NCBI GenBank assembly: GCA_002269645.1
Contig: NIVC01000614.1
Span: forward strand, 1 to 64,000
DNA: 64,000 nt
Direction of reading: 5' to 3'
Source of the DNA: Macrostomum lignano
Lineage: Eukaryota
Every line of letters begins with the position of its first letter. Positions within the stretch are counted from its first letter, which is position 1. The position numbers and the translations under genes were made by a program. Shown here piece by piece: positions 11,841-28,354 of the stretch. The notes beneath the pieces were generated by a model, which was given only the letters and a program-made list of their open reading frames with translations, searched no databases and had not been told where the DNA came from.

Positions 11841-13557
11841 GCTGGAGGCTGGATTTGGGCAACTGCTTCTGTCTCTGGTAGCTGTGGAAACCTAGGGCTC
11901 AGAAGCAATCTTCATTATTTATTGATTTATGAAAATTCTTTCATGACAAAGCGATTGGCTGCGGGAATAACCAACCAAAACTTCGTTGCCAATCTCAGCT
12001 TGGATCTGCTTGTAATGCCCTTGAGGGGCCAACCTCCAAGGCACAGTGTACATGCCTGACGATAAATAAAGTAAAGTTAGGGCCGCTGTAAACTCCTGTG
12101 TGAGTGTGTGCCTGTGCGTATGACTGCGTACGTATCCTTGCGCTTGTGTGCCTGCTCAGGGGAGTCGGTGGAATGGGCAGCAATGCCTCTCGCCGGTTGT
12201 GTGACAATGTCGCTTAAAGTGCGCCAGGGTGCACACAGCCACTGTCTTTAATAAAAAATCACAGGCATGATATGAGAACAAAGTGGCCTTGACCATTCCT
12301 TGAATGGCGTCGTTTGGCAGCCAAGTGACGTCATGTGCGTAGACGACCTATAAAATCCTAGGGTTGCGCAATAGGTCACGTGACGGAAGCAAAATAGCTT
12401 GGGGAGATACGAGGTTTAAAACGGACGTCACGCCTGAGAGCCTGAGGACGTAACGCGAAGGTGAACAAGCAGTGATGAGGTGGGATGAATCATTTGATGA
12501 GTCAAGGGGAAACGACCTGGGACTTCTGAGTACCCAGTACTCGGACAGCCCTCGCACTGATATGAGGGCACATGAGCTCTTTCCTCTGTTCTGTACTCAC
12601 TATGGCCAGTTGGGATTATATTCTTCCCTATCTTTCCCATTCTTTCATTTCTTCTTTTTTTATTACCTCTTTTATACCCTTTGTCTTTCATATTAATATT
12701 CCTCTCTCTTTCATGATTTTTTTCTTTTCCATACCACCAAATCATCAGACGTCAAGGTTTTAATCGGCCATCTGGTATGCTGGCTTGCGATAAGTCACAT
12801 GAGATTTCCATGAAGTGAATTCTATGAGATTTCATGCTGATTTTTTACTTAGCATTGTTAAAACTCATTTAAAAAATGTATTGAAATTTGATGATTAATG
12901 GCTGCACCTGTCACTTTTTGAGGGTTCCCCCCATTCACCTCCATCCTAACTGAAATTAATGGTGTGAGTCAATCGAATTTATACCAGCTACATTTGTTTC
13001 ATTGACAAAAATTTATAAATTCGCTTTACTCACACCTACGTTGCACGCGAAGGCGTATTCAGCACGCCAGTGAAGTATGAGACAGACCAGGCCTATGGGC
13101 TACGGTCTGCGATGCTTCACGCCTGCCCCTATCTTTGGCAGGTCAAGGCCGGTGGGAGGTCTGCACCCTCTACTTGACTCTGGCAGCCGCAGACCCCCCA
13201 CGCTGTCTCGCAAGTCGACCCAGGGTACTCGTCCCCGCGTGTGTTCAAGGCAGACCCTAGGGCTGCTGGACAGACTGGGCTCCGGCGCTGGCGACCCTAT
13301 CCAGTGGCTTCGGCCGAATTTGGGTATGCGGGTCTGACTCGCCAACCTGCAGGCCGTGGTACTGCTCAACGTACTCTCTAATGCCTAAGATGTTGACCGT
13401 GCCGATGGGCTGGAAGGCCGGGGAGTAGTCCGGTCGCAAGCGGTCCCCCTCCTGGTGTCGGGCCAGCCTTGAGGGTTCTATTGGCCTACTGCCCGGTCAG
13501 GTGGAGCGGCCGGGTGGGTACCGCGCCCCTTTGAGGGTAGCCCAACAACCTTTTATC

Positions 13558-15091
13558 ATGGCCTTCGAGCCGACTATGGATAACCAAGCTTTTTCTAGGG
13601 ACGGGGACCCTTCTAAACCCCAACCTCAGTCCGAAGGACTGGCCGGCCCTGCTGGCAGATCCCAACCGACTGATTCAACTGTGGCAAAGGAAGGACCGGC
13701 TGGCTCTGCTGGCAGATCCGACCAGAGCTACCAAATTCAAAATACCCAAAGACCTGCCAGCTCCGCTGGTGGATCTAAGGGAACCGCGAGCTCTGAGCCT
13801 AAAGGACCGGCCAAATCTGGCAGATCCGATGAAGCTCAGCGGGCTCGGCTTGAGCGCAAACGCGCTAAACAACGCACCAAAAGGCAGGCCAAGCAGGGAG
13901 CTGCGGGGGCCAAAGCGGCGGCGTCCACCATGGATGCTGAAGCGACTGGCGTCCCAAGGCAACCAGGCGGGCCGGCCGGTGGAAGCTCCAGTAGTTCAGC
14001 GGCGGCGCTCCCTGGAGATGCTGCTGCGGCTGCTGAGGCCGAAACCACGGCGCAGCAAATGGCCACTGCCAACAAGGAGGTTCCTTCGGGAGCTACCTTT
14101 GCAGCGAAGGCCAAGGCCAAAATCCCGGGAGTGATCATCCAAGGTCGCGACCAGGACTGGACCACTGATCAGCTTCAAAAAGTGTGGAGTGCTGTTGACT
14201 CCTATCTGATTGAGCTGACTGTCGAGGAGGGAATCTCCATCGGCATTGAGCGGATGGTGCTGCGAAGCACATTCGTTCTTATTGCTCCTAGCAGCGAGGA
14301 GGAATTTAATGGTGTGGGTCGGCAGCTGCTCCAGCGGCTACCGACGGTTTCCTTGGATGCTGACCTTGGCGGAGCTCTTTTTCTTCGCGAGGGCCAGCGT
14401 CCAAAGACAATACCCTATCAGGTCTTTGGTCCCTGCTAGGAGCACCGCAGCTGGACCAGACGTTATCCGCCGGGTCCTACTGCGTCTGAACCCCGACCTC
14501 CCTGCTAGTGGACTGGTGTATCACCGCCGAGTCCGCAGGGGGGAGACGGGCAACTCAATTGTCCTCGGCCTTTCCAGCACTTGGGCGAGTCGGTACCCTA
14601 ATGGATCCTCTTTCCAGCTGGGTGCCCTCAAGCTCAAGATGCGCCGAGGAAAGTCTGCCAAAGGGAAGGCTACTGCCAACCCCGGCATCTCCGGCAAGAG
14701 CGGGGCGCAGTCTAAGGCCCAAGGAAAGGCGCAAGCCGATCCCAAAGCCAAAGCTGCGTCTCGCCCCTCTGCTAGCAGCAGTTCGGCGACCGCGGTAACG
14801 GCTCCGGCCAAGCCCCGGGAACCAAACCTGCTAGTCGGAGAAGGAGTTGAGGACGAGGCCGGGTCTTCGGAATCCGAGCTCTCCTCGGCCACCCTGGTGG
14901 GGTCTGAAGGTAAAGATGCAGGTAAGGAAGCTTCCTCCATCCTGTCATCGGAGCCTGAGGACTCTGCTGGGGGGCCGGTGGGGGTGAGGAGGCCATGGAC
15001 GTCGACCAACTCCCATCTCCCAGTCAAGCCCCAGCGGCCTGGGACGAGGACGATCTGTTGTCCAAGTCTCCTTGATGGCCCTGGGCTCTAG
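13558..15091 (+). pseudogene. Retrotransposon ORF1 (basic, Ala-rich), interrupted by one apparent 1-nt insertion
   Basis: ORFs 13501-14439 and 14246-15091 join at ~14425 (YQVF/VPARSTAAGPDVIRRVLLRLNPDLP). Basic tract RARLERKRAKQRTKRQAKQ. No CCHC knuckle seen. Confidence 0.75.
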
Positions 15092-18000
15092 CCAGACATT
15101 GCATTTAATACAGTATGACTAAGCTCCACGCTGCCAAAGGAGCGACATTCTGTCTGCAAATTAATTTACAGCATTGCGTATCTGCGTCAGTAAATCTGAT
15201 GAAGATTGCTGAGCTGTACAGGCCAGGCCTCATCCTGATCCAGGAACCCTGGATGCGCAACGGTAAGTTGCCCAACATTCCCTCTGGCTACTCTGATTTT
15301 TATGTGTGTGGCCCGGGAACAGCCGCCCTAGAGCGGCTATCCTCGCTGCTAGCCATCTCCAGGCTTGGCTGAGGACTGATCTCTCTGATGGAGACCTTTG
15401 CGTCATCCAATCTAATCATTTCTCTCCGCGTACGTGTCTTGTTGCCTCGGTTTATATCCCAGGCGACAGAGACCCTGCTCCTGAGAGTTTACTGCGCCTC
15501 GCGCAGTACTGCGAGTCCCAGAACGCTGAGCTGTGCTTAGGGGGCGACCTCAACGCGCACCACAAGCACTGGGGCAGCAAAGATACCAACACTAGAGGAG
15601 AGGAGCTTCTGGCCCTCATCTCTAACACAAACCTCATGCTCTGCAACCGCGGCAGCACTCCTACCTTTAATAATGGCAGATGGACCGAGGTCCTCGACGC
15701 CACACTCGTTACCCAAGACTCTTTGACAGAGTTGAGGAGTGGAGAGTCTGGTCTGAGGAGCCCTCCCTGTCTGACCACTGCTTTATCGCCTTTAACATCG
15801 CGGACACTAAAACCCAGTCTCCGATCACTTGGAGACGCAATATCCGCAACACTGATTGGGCGGCCTACAAGGCTGCCCTTGATCTGCACCTGCAGGAACT
15901 CACGGACTTACGTCCGATTGAGACCTGCGAGGATGTGGATCATATGGCTGAGACGCTGACAGGTTGCATTATTGAAGCCTACGAAGCGGCTTGTCCTGCT
16001 CGCGCCTACAAAGGCAAGACCTCGGCGCCGTGGTGGAACCCGGAGCTGGGGAAACTCAGGCGGAAGGCCAAAAGCCTTCATCGCCGTGCCATGAAGACCG
16101 GAAACCCGGAGGACATGGAGCTTTTCCGGCAAGCCTCCCGCAATTTCAAATCTGAAGTGCGCAAGGCCAAGGAATGTAAGTGGCGCCAATTCTGCAATGA
16201 ATTGGATCAAGACAGACCTACTTCTAGGCTTGTCAAGGCCCTTACAATGGACAAAATGTCCAAATTAGCCATGATCAAAAAAGATGATGGCTCTCTTACT
16301 AAAGACCCTGAAGAAGTGCTTCAGCATATGCTTAGCACATTCTTCCCGAGGGTACCTACTGCTAGACCGGAGCCCAACCATTCGATGGATGGAGCCACCC
16401 TAGCGGCGGGCATTGTCACTGAAGACCTAATCGCTCGTGCGGTCAGAACCTTCAAACCCTTCAAATCTCCTGGACCTGATGGTATCTACCCTGTTCTCCT
16501 TCGTGAAGCAGCCAAGATACCCTCGTTCCTGAGACTCACCCGCAATCTTATGCGGGCCTCTATCCAGCTGGGATACGTTCCCAAATGCTGGACTGAAGCT
16601 CGGGTAGTCTTTATTCCCAAACCTGGGAAGGGTGACTACCAAAGCGTCAAGGCCTTCCGGCCTATTAGCTTAACGTCAGCAATGCTTAAGCTCACTGAGA
16701 GGCTTATTCTCTGGCGGCTGCTGTCCTGCGAGCTGACAGCGATGCCCCTCAGCAATAATCAGCACGCCTTCCGTACCGGGAGGTCGACTGACAGCGCCCT
16801 GCATGCGATTGTCGAGAAGATTGAAAGGGCGGTACTGGGTGACGGTTACGCCCTGGCTCTCTTTCTTGACATTGTTGGCGCCTTCGACAACGTTATCTTT
16901 GAAGCGTTTCAGAGGGCCCTTCAAAATCGCAAAGCTCATGCTACCCTCATACGGTGGATCATGTACATGATCTCCAACCGTACGGTCACTGCCCAACTTC
17001 TTGGGCAAACTGCCTCCACCAAGTCTGTAAGGGTGGACCCCAAGGCGGAGTCCTCACCCCGACGCTCTGGAACCTGGTCATGGACGCTCTTTTGAGTGAC
17101 TCCCGACCCGACCCCGTCTTCAAAGTCGGGTATGCTGATGACGTCACGGCCATTGTGGCAGGACCGTCTCCCAGCACGCTCAGGGATCTGATGCAGAGCT
17201 TTATCCGCAAAGCAGAATCCTGGGCCAATGACAATGGTCTGGAACTCTCTGAGCCCAAAACCGTTGCCATTATGTTTACCAGCAGACTACGCTGGAACAT
17301 ACGTCCTCTGCAGCTCTACGGCAGAGATATTGCCTTCGCGCACCAGACCAGATGTCTCGGGGTCATACTTGACCACCGGCTCAACTGGTCCTCCACGTGA
17401 AAGCAAAAGCCAAGCGTGCCTCAGCCATCCTGGCCCAGCTCCGACGAGCACTTGGCACTTCTTGGGGTCTATCCCCAAAGCGGCTTTGGTGGATCTATAC
17501 TTCCGTAGTTAGACCTGCCATTACGTACGCCTCTGTTGTCTGGGTTAGCGCTACCCAGGTCAAAAGCCATGCAGACCTGCTCAACACGATCCAAGGCAGA
17601 GCGTGTAGGCTCATCTGCAACGCCACCAGGTCCACGCCCTTTGCTGGCATGGGGGCCTTCCTTAATCTACCGCCTCTTGACCTCTTCGTCAGGGGTGAGG
17701 CGGCTAGAACGACGCGGCGTCTAATTGATGCCGGCGTCAAATTCATTTACATGAGAGCACCTGCTAAGCGGAACCTTGTCCCGCATAGCGACCTGTGCCT
17801 CAACTTTCTCAACGAGTGTCAGGCCAATCGCGTCTTCACCGATGGCATTGCCTCAACGCTCAACCTGAGACAGCGCTACTCCGTAGCTATCGACTCGCGC
17901 GATAACATCAATGACCAATGGAACCCTGGTGAGCTTCATTGCTACACCGACGGTTCGAAGTAGTCAGCCAACACCGGCTTTGGTGTTGGAATCTTTCTGA

Positions 18001-18851
18001 ACGGGAGGGTCATCGCTACCCACGCTCAATACACTGGGGTCAACTCCAGTGTTTTCCAAAATGAAGTTCTGGCCATCAGCTCCTGCACTGCAGAGCTTCT
18101 CGCCACTGGCGTTATTGGCAAGAACATCATTTTCCATTCGGACAGCCAAGCTGCCTTGCACGCCATCAGTGGCTGCAGCACCAACTCTGCTACAGTCCTC
18201 GACTGTATCAAACTTCTCAACGTGTTGGGTTCCGCCAACAAAATTACCCTTAAGTGGGTTCCGGGGCATGTGGGGATCCGAGGAAATGAGCTGGCTGACA
18301 CCCTTGCAAAAGTTGGTGCCTCCGGCTCCTCTCTCGGCCCCGAACCTCTTGTCCCGATTCCTGGCTGTGTCATCGACTCGCGCATCAAAGCGTGGATCAG
18401 GACTCAGCACCGTTCGACTTGGGTGAACCGCACGAGCTGCAGGCAATCCAGAGGCGCTGTCCCTCAGCCCTCTCACCAGCTCCGGAAGCTCCTCTTGCGC
18501 CTCTCGCGCAGAGACATCCGGGCTGCCACCATGACCCTCTCTGGTCACGGCTGCTTCTCCAGGCACCAGTACCTGCAGGGCAACGCCACCAACGCCACCT
18601 GTAGTTTCTGCAACTCAGGTGACGAAACCGCTGAGCATTTCGTCAGCATCTGTCCCGCCTTCACGCGGGCCAGACTCACTTACCTCGGGCCACACACATC
18701 TATTACTGAAGCGTGCAAACCCGAAAACTTTAATCAGCTCATGCGCTACCTTCGGGCCACCCGCAGGGCTGAACTCTCCTTTCCTGAGAGCACTATAGCT
18801 GCTGGCGACACTGGGGGACCTCCCTGGGCGGCGCCAACCCTCCGTCCATAG
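15076..18851 (+). pseudogene. Retrotransposon ORF2: AP endonuclease, reverse transcriptase, RNase H; frameshifted
   Basis: APE: LQINLQH, LIQEPW, GGDLNAHH, SDH. RT: SPGPDG, FRPISL, LDIVGAFD, PQGGVLTPTLWN, YADD. RNase H: YTDGSK, EVLAI, SDSQAAL, WVPGHVGIRGNELAD. C-terminal CSFC...ETAEHF...CP. Frameshifts near 15310, 15730, 17030 and 17395; in-frame TAG at 17961. Confidence 0.93.
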
Positions 18852-18973
18852 CGACGCGTCGGCCGTTCAGGGATTAGCGGAATGGGCGCCCGCGCCTTCC
18901 CGCTGTGTCCCCTCCGGGACAGCCCTGCAGCTAAGTCAAGTAAGTCAAAGTCACACCTACGTTTCAAACGATA

Positions 18974-19011
18974 TACCTGACGATGCACCTTGGTGTGCGA
19001 AACGCGTCGTA
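18974..19011 (+). ncRNA. Minimal type I hammerhead ribozyme motif of the Penelope-like-element type
   Basis: TAC-CTGACGA-T-GCAC(CTTGGT)GTGC-GAAAC-GC-GTC-GTA: catalytic core boxes, 4-bp helix II, 3-bp helix I, palindromic ACGCGT helix III, GUC cleavage triplet ending at 19008. Confidence 0.7.
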
Positions 19012-19459
19012 AAAACCTACATGTTGATTTTCGGCTTTCTCTTTATTTTTTACATCTGAATATGAAATTGCAATGCTATGCTGCTTGTTAATTTATTTTT
19101 TGCTGCATTTTTTTCTTCAGTTTCTATAGTTGCTACTATGAGTGCTAGCTTGCACATTTGTTGTTGCTAAAAGGGATGATTTGTTCAACCACTAAAGAAG
19201 AATTTGTCGTAAGCGGCTCCGGCTTAGCATCGAGTAATTAACTTCTGGATGAAACATTTTGGCATGCTGACGCTTGAACAAACTCAAGCAGTGTATTTTG
19301 TTTAAATCGTCACTATGGCACGAATTCAAGACGATGATTTTGAACCAGCAGAAAACCCAGTGCCTATATGCTCACAATCAGAGCTAGTCTAGGCACTTCT
19401 CAACAGTTTGTCTTTTCTGACTAAGTTATCAGGTTAATTCGATGCTGCACATGATGTCG

Positions 19460-20244
19460 CTAGTAACCGTAGATCTCAACTTCGCAGAGAATGAGATGAG
19501 TGTACAACTGATTGACAACTCGAACTTTGCTGCCGAAAGCGTTACAACCGAAGTTGGCGATGGAGAACGGCTCCGTCAGGTTCACTCGGTTGCACTCGAC
19601 GCCGTCAACCAGCAAGTTGAAGGTGTTGAGCAACTCGGCATTTTTAATCCGGTTGTAGATGGTGAGGTATTCGACCTGCGATGGAGCGGACAGCTGGGCC
19701 TCCCACCACTGGTTAGAGGACCGCATGGTAACACTACAAAAACTCACATCGTTCTGCTCTCTGTTCCCGTCCATGGCTTTGGTGCAGACGTACGACTGGC
19801 GGGTGGCACTGTTTTTGCAGCCAACTAGACTCAGTTTCTTATTGGCATTAACTGAAAAGATGTTTCAATTTCTTATTTGAGTTCAAGATTTATGACACCG
19901 ACTAGTTATATTCAGGGTCACTGAGACAACTGATCGACTCCTGACTCACCCAGTTTGTAAACCGAAAGTTTCGAAGAACTGGACGATAGGCTTACGAAGA
20001 ATGAGCTCGAACTAAAAAATCGGCACAGGCCATGCAGCCAAGAGAAACCATAGCAACCAGGTGTTTGAGCACACTTCACAGAACATTCTATGGTGGTAAT
20101 ACCTGGCATAGTGCTCATCGACGCCGGACTCTTCAAGCCGTCCTTCGTGACCATTTCGAAAGTGAACCCTAAAATTATAGGGATCACCGTCAGCACCAGC
20201 AGACTTAGCAGCAGACTGGTCCACTGCACCTTAACTTGCACCAT
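19460..20244 (-). CDS. Secreted PAN/apple-like plus F-type lectin domain protein; copy 2 (paralog of 11036-11840)
   Basis: Exons 20244-19950 and 19851-19460, 98-nt GT-AG intron, frame preserved. Signal peptide; CSVKCAQTPGCYGFSW; MDGN...WW...LTIYNR...LCEVEIYGY. C-terminal half highly similar to copy 1. Confidence 0.8.
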
Positions 20245-21567
20245 TTGCTGCTTGCTTTCTTCAGGCGTTAAGTTTGTGTTTTTTGCCAGATCCCGGAATC
20301 TCCGCTCTCTACCGCCGTCTTTCGCTCGATTATTTTACCTCAAATAAATAGACTTATCGCGTCCGATGGTGCCACTCCAATGGAGTGACGAATTTCAGTG
20401 CTTGACAAATAATGATTTTAAATGATTTTTAAGACTTGATAGAGTGCTTGTCAAGTTTACCTAACAGCTTTCTAGTTCCTACGTGATGCCTCAGTGTTCG
20501 ATGCTTCTGTCAACTTCAGAAGCGCTTCAGCATGGGTAGGTGGGAAATATTCCTCTTGCATATGACACCTTAACTGGTTAACTTGAAGTAGAAGTGAAGA
20601 AGTTGCCTGGGTTGCAAAACTCAGCAAATATGGAGCTTTCGATTTAATGGACAGGCATGAAGAGCCAACAGGACATGAGTCAATCTATCGTTGTCAATTG
20701 CTGCAGAGATTTTTATTAAGTGTTTGCGTTTATCACACTGTTTAAATATTATTTCAAACGGACTGTTGATGAGGCAAAGAAAGGGTGCTTTCCCATTTGG
20801 TATGGCAGGCTACTGATGAAGAATTTCTCAGTTTTCCTCAGAAATTTGTTGTACTCGAAATACTCGTTCGACCTCGAGCCGCCATTCGCGCTTCCCACCA
20901 TTCGTTGATGCCTTGGACAGTGGCGCTGTACACTGTCCGGTTCCTGTTATCGATCATTCATAGCGATAATGCACATCGCTCCCCCCACTTCATTCCTCAA
21001 CCCAAGTCTGCCGCGGCGTAGCTGAGTTGCGTCACTCGCAAAGGTTGAGAGAGACTTCACCTGCACTCTAAAAAGTGGCTACCACAGACGGAATCTTCTG
21101 TGATGGCGAATTTTCGATGTTGCTGAGCATAATTTGAGGTAATCAGTTTGGTTCCTACTGTTTGAAAAATTGTTTAAAAATCCACTGTTTAGGTCCGTAG
21201 ATATTTTTGTACCCTTGATATTTATGAGTGATTTCCGTAATACATGTAGCTTCAATCGATTGACACGTAACTTTAGCTACACTTTTAGGTGGACTAGATA
21301 GAGATGATCGAGATTAAGGAATTTAGACAGGAGCTGAACATACAATGATGGAGCTTAAACTAGCTGATGTGGAGCTGCATCTTGAAATCATTGAGCCAAA
21401 GACAGCTCTAAAAGCGGAATACTTGAAGGCTATTGAGAAGGACATTGATGTTGCCTATACAGCCTATATGTGTAGAAATGAGCGCAATATTTGCATTAAA
21501 GAGGGCTCCTGTAGCAATACAAGGTACATTAATGTCACTATGAGGAATACGACCAGTGTGGGGGCGG

Positions 21568-22146
21568 CAGTGGCGTAGCCAAGAATTTCAATTGGGGGGC
21601 CGGGTTGGTCTGGCTGGCCATGCCTTATTTCATTGCCACTTTTGGCGCCGCAGGCACTCATTTTGGCGCCACAGGCACTCATTTTAGCGCCGCAGGCACT
21701 CATTTTAGCGCCGCAGGCACTCATTTTAGCGCCACAGGCACTCATTTTAACGCCGCATGCACTCATTTTAGCGCCGCAGGCACTCATTATAGCGCCGCAG
21801 GCACTCATTTTAGCGCCGCAGGCACTCATTTTAGCGCCGCAGGCACTCATTATAGCGCCGCAGGCACTCATTTTAGCGCCGCAGGCACTCATTTTAGCGC
21901 CACAGGCACTCATTTTAGCGCCACAGGCACTCATTTTAGCGCCACAGGCACTCATTTTAGCGCCGCAGGCACTCATTTTAGCGCCACAGGCACTCATTTT
22001 AGCGCCGCAGGCACTCATTTTAGCGCCGCAGGCACTCATTTGCCTCATGGTTTTTGGTACCCGCCGCGCCCCAACCCCACCCACCCCCAGCCCCAGGCGA
22101 TTGGGGGGGGGGCCCCCTCCCGGCCCCCCTCCTGGCTACGCCACTG
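21568..22146. mobile_element. Non-autonomous hAT-type element (MITE) with internal 21-bp minisatellite
   Basis: TIRs CAGTGGCGTAGCCA (21568) and TGGCTACGCCACTG (ending 22146). 8-bp TSD GGGGGCGG at 21560-21567 and 22147-22154. Confidence 0.88.
21640..22040 (+). repeat. 21-bp minisatellite (GCGCCGCAGGCACTCATTTTA)n, array 1
   Basis: Visible tandem array; source of the APQALIL / MSACGAK pseudo-ORFs. Confidence 0.97.
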
Positions 22147-22386
22147 GGGGGCGGTATGTTCATGGAGGAAACGTTCGATCAATTCAATATGAGATCAGTG
22201 ACAGTTTGTACCCTGCATTGGCCGTGAAATGGAGATTTTTCAGAGAAAAATATGAAGTAAATTCTACAAAGAACTGGCGGATCTGGCTGTAAAAGATATT
22301 AATAGATATTTTCAGATACACTCTGCTAAACATTGATAAACATGATAAACATGATAAACATGATAAACACAGGAGAGGGAGGGGTT

Positions 22387-23078
22387 ATGAGTGCCTGCGG
22401 CGCCAAAATGTGTCTGCGGCGCTAAAATGAGTGCCTGCGGCGCTAAAATGAGTGCCTGTGGCGCTAAAATGAGTGCCTGCGGCGCTAAAATGAGTGCCTG
22501 CGGCGCTAAAATGAGTGCCTGCGGAGCTGAAATGAGTGCCTGCGGAGCTGAAATGAGTGCCTGCGGTGCTAAAATGAGTGCCTGCGACACTGAAATGAGT
22601 GCCTACCGCGCTAAAATGAGTGCCTGCGGCGCTAAAATGAGTGCCTGCGGTGCTAAAATGAGTGCCTGTGGCGCTAAAATGAGTGCCTGCGGTGCTAAAA
22701 TGAGTGCCTGCGGAGCTGAAATGAGTGCCTGCGGTGCTAAAATGAGTGCCTGCGACACTGAAATGAGTGCCTACCGCGCTAAAATGAGTGCCTGCGGCGC
22801 TAAAATGAGTGCCTGCGGAGCTGAAATGAGTGCCTGCGGTGCTAAAATGAGTGCCTGCGGCGCTAAAATGAGTGCCTGCGGCGCTAAAATGAGTGCCTGC
22901 GGCGCCAAAATGAGTGCCTGTGGCGCTAAAATGAGTGCCTGCGGCGCCAAAATGAGTGCCTGTGGCGCTAAAATGAGTGCCTGCGGCGCTAAAATGAGTG
23001 CCTGCGTCGCTAAAATGAGTGCCTGTGGCGCCAAAATGAGTGCCTGCGGCGCTAAAATGAGTGCCTGCGGTGCTAAAA
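22387..23078 (-). repeat. Same 21-bp minisatellite, array 2, in opposite orientation
   Basis: (ATGAGTGCCTGCGGCGCTAAA)n is the reverse complement of array 1. Confidence 0.97.
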
Positions 23079-23249
23079 TTAGAAAAAAGTGAAGCTTTAA
23101 ACAGCAGAAAAATGGTTTTTTTCTTCGGTTTTTATCAATATTTGTTAATAACGATTGAAACTTTCTGAATCATCATTGCTGATGGTGTCCTAACTAAACA
23201 CGTCAAAATTGAACTGAAGGGATTCGAAGTGGTGTGATTTATAGCCATG

Positions 23250-28284
<5,035 letters not shown>

Positions 28285-28354
28285 TTTAAAGTAAATGTTA
28301 AAAAGTTTCTTCCGCCAGAAGTTCTTTGATTTATTCTGCAACAAAAAGTGTTTA

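Larger units (their letters stand above)
13043..18950 (+). mobile_element. Full-length non-LTR retrotransposon, LOA-clade-like (I group), ~5.9 kb
   Basis: Target-site duplication TCACACCTACGTT at 13030-13042 and 18951-18963. Short TAAGTCA-type 3' tail at ~18932-18950. Contains ORF1 and ORF2 (APE, RT, RNase H, C-terminal Cys/His motif). Confidence 0.92.

Noticed and set aside
12320-12470. TGACGTCA, TATAAAA and GTCACGTGAC cluster, plus CTGAGGA...CGAAG resembling a hammerhead
   Set aside because: Short motifs cannot be tied to a transcript; the hammerhead-like string lacks GAAA and a proper helix II.
21345-22300. ORF fragments on either side of the hAT insertion
   Set aside because: Removing the element gives no long frame or known domain.
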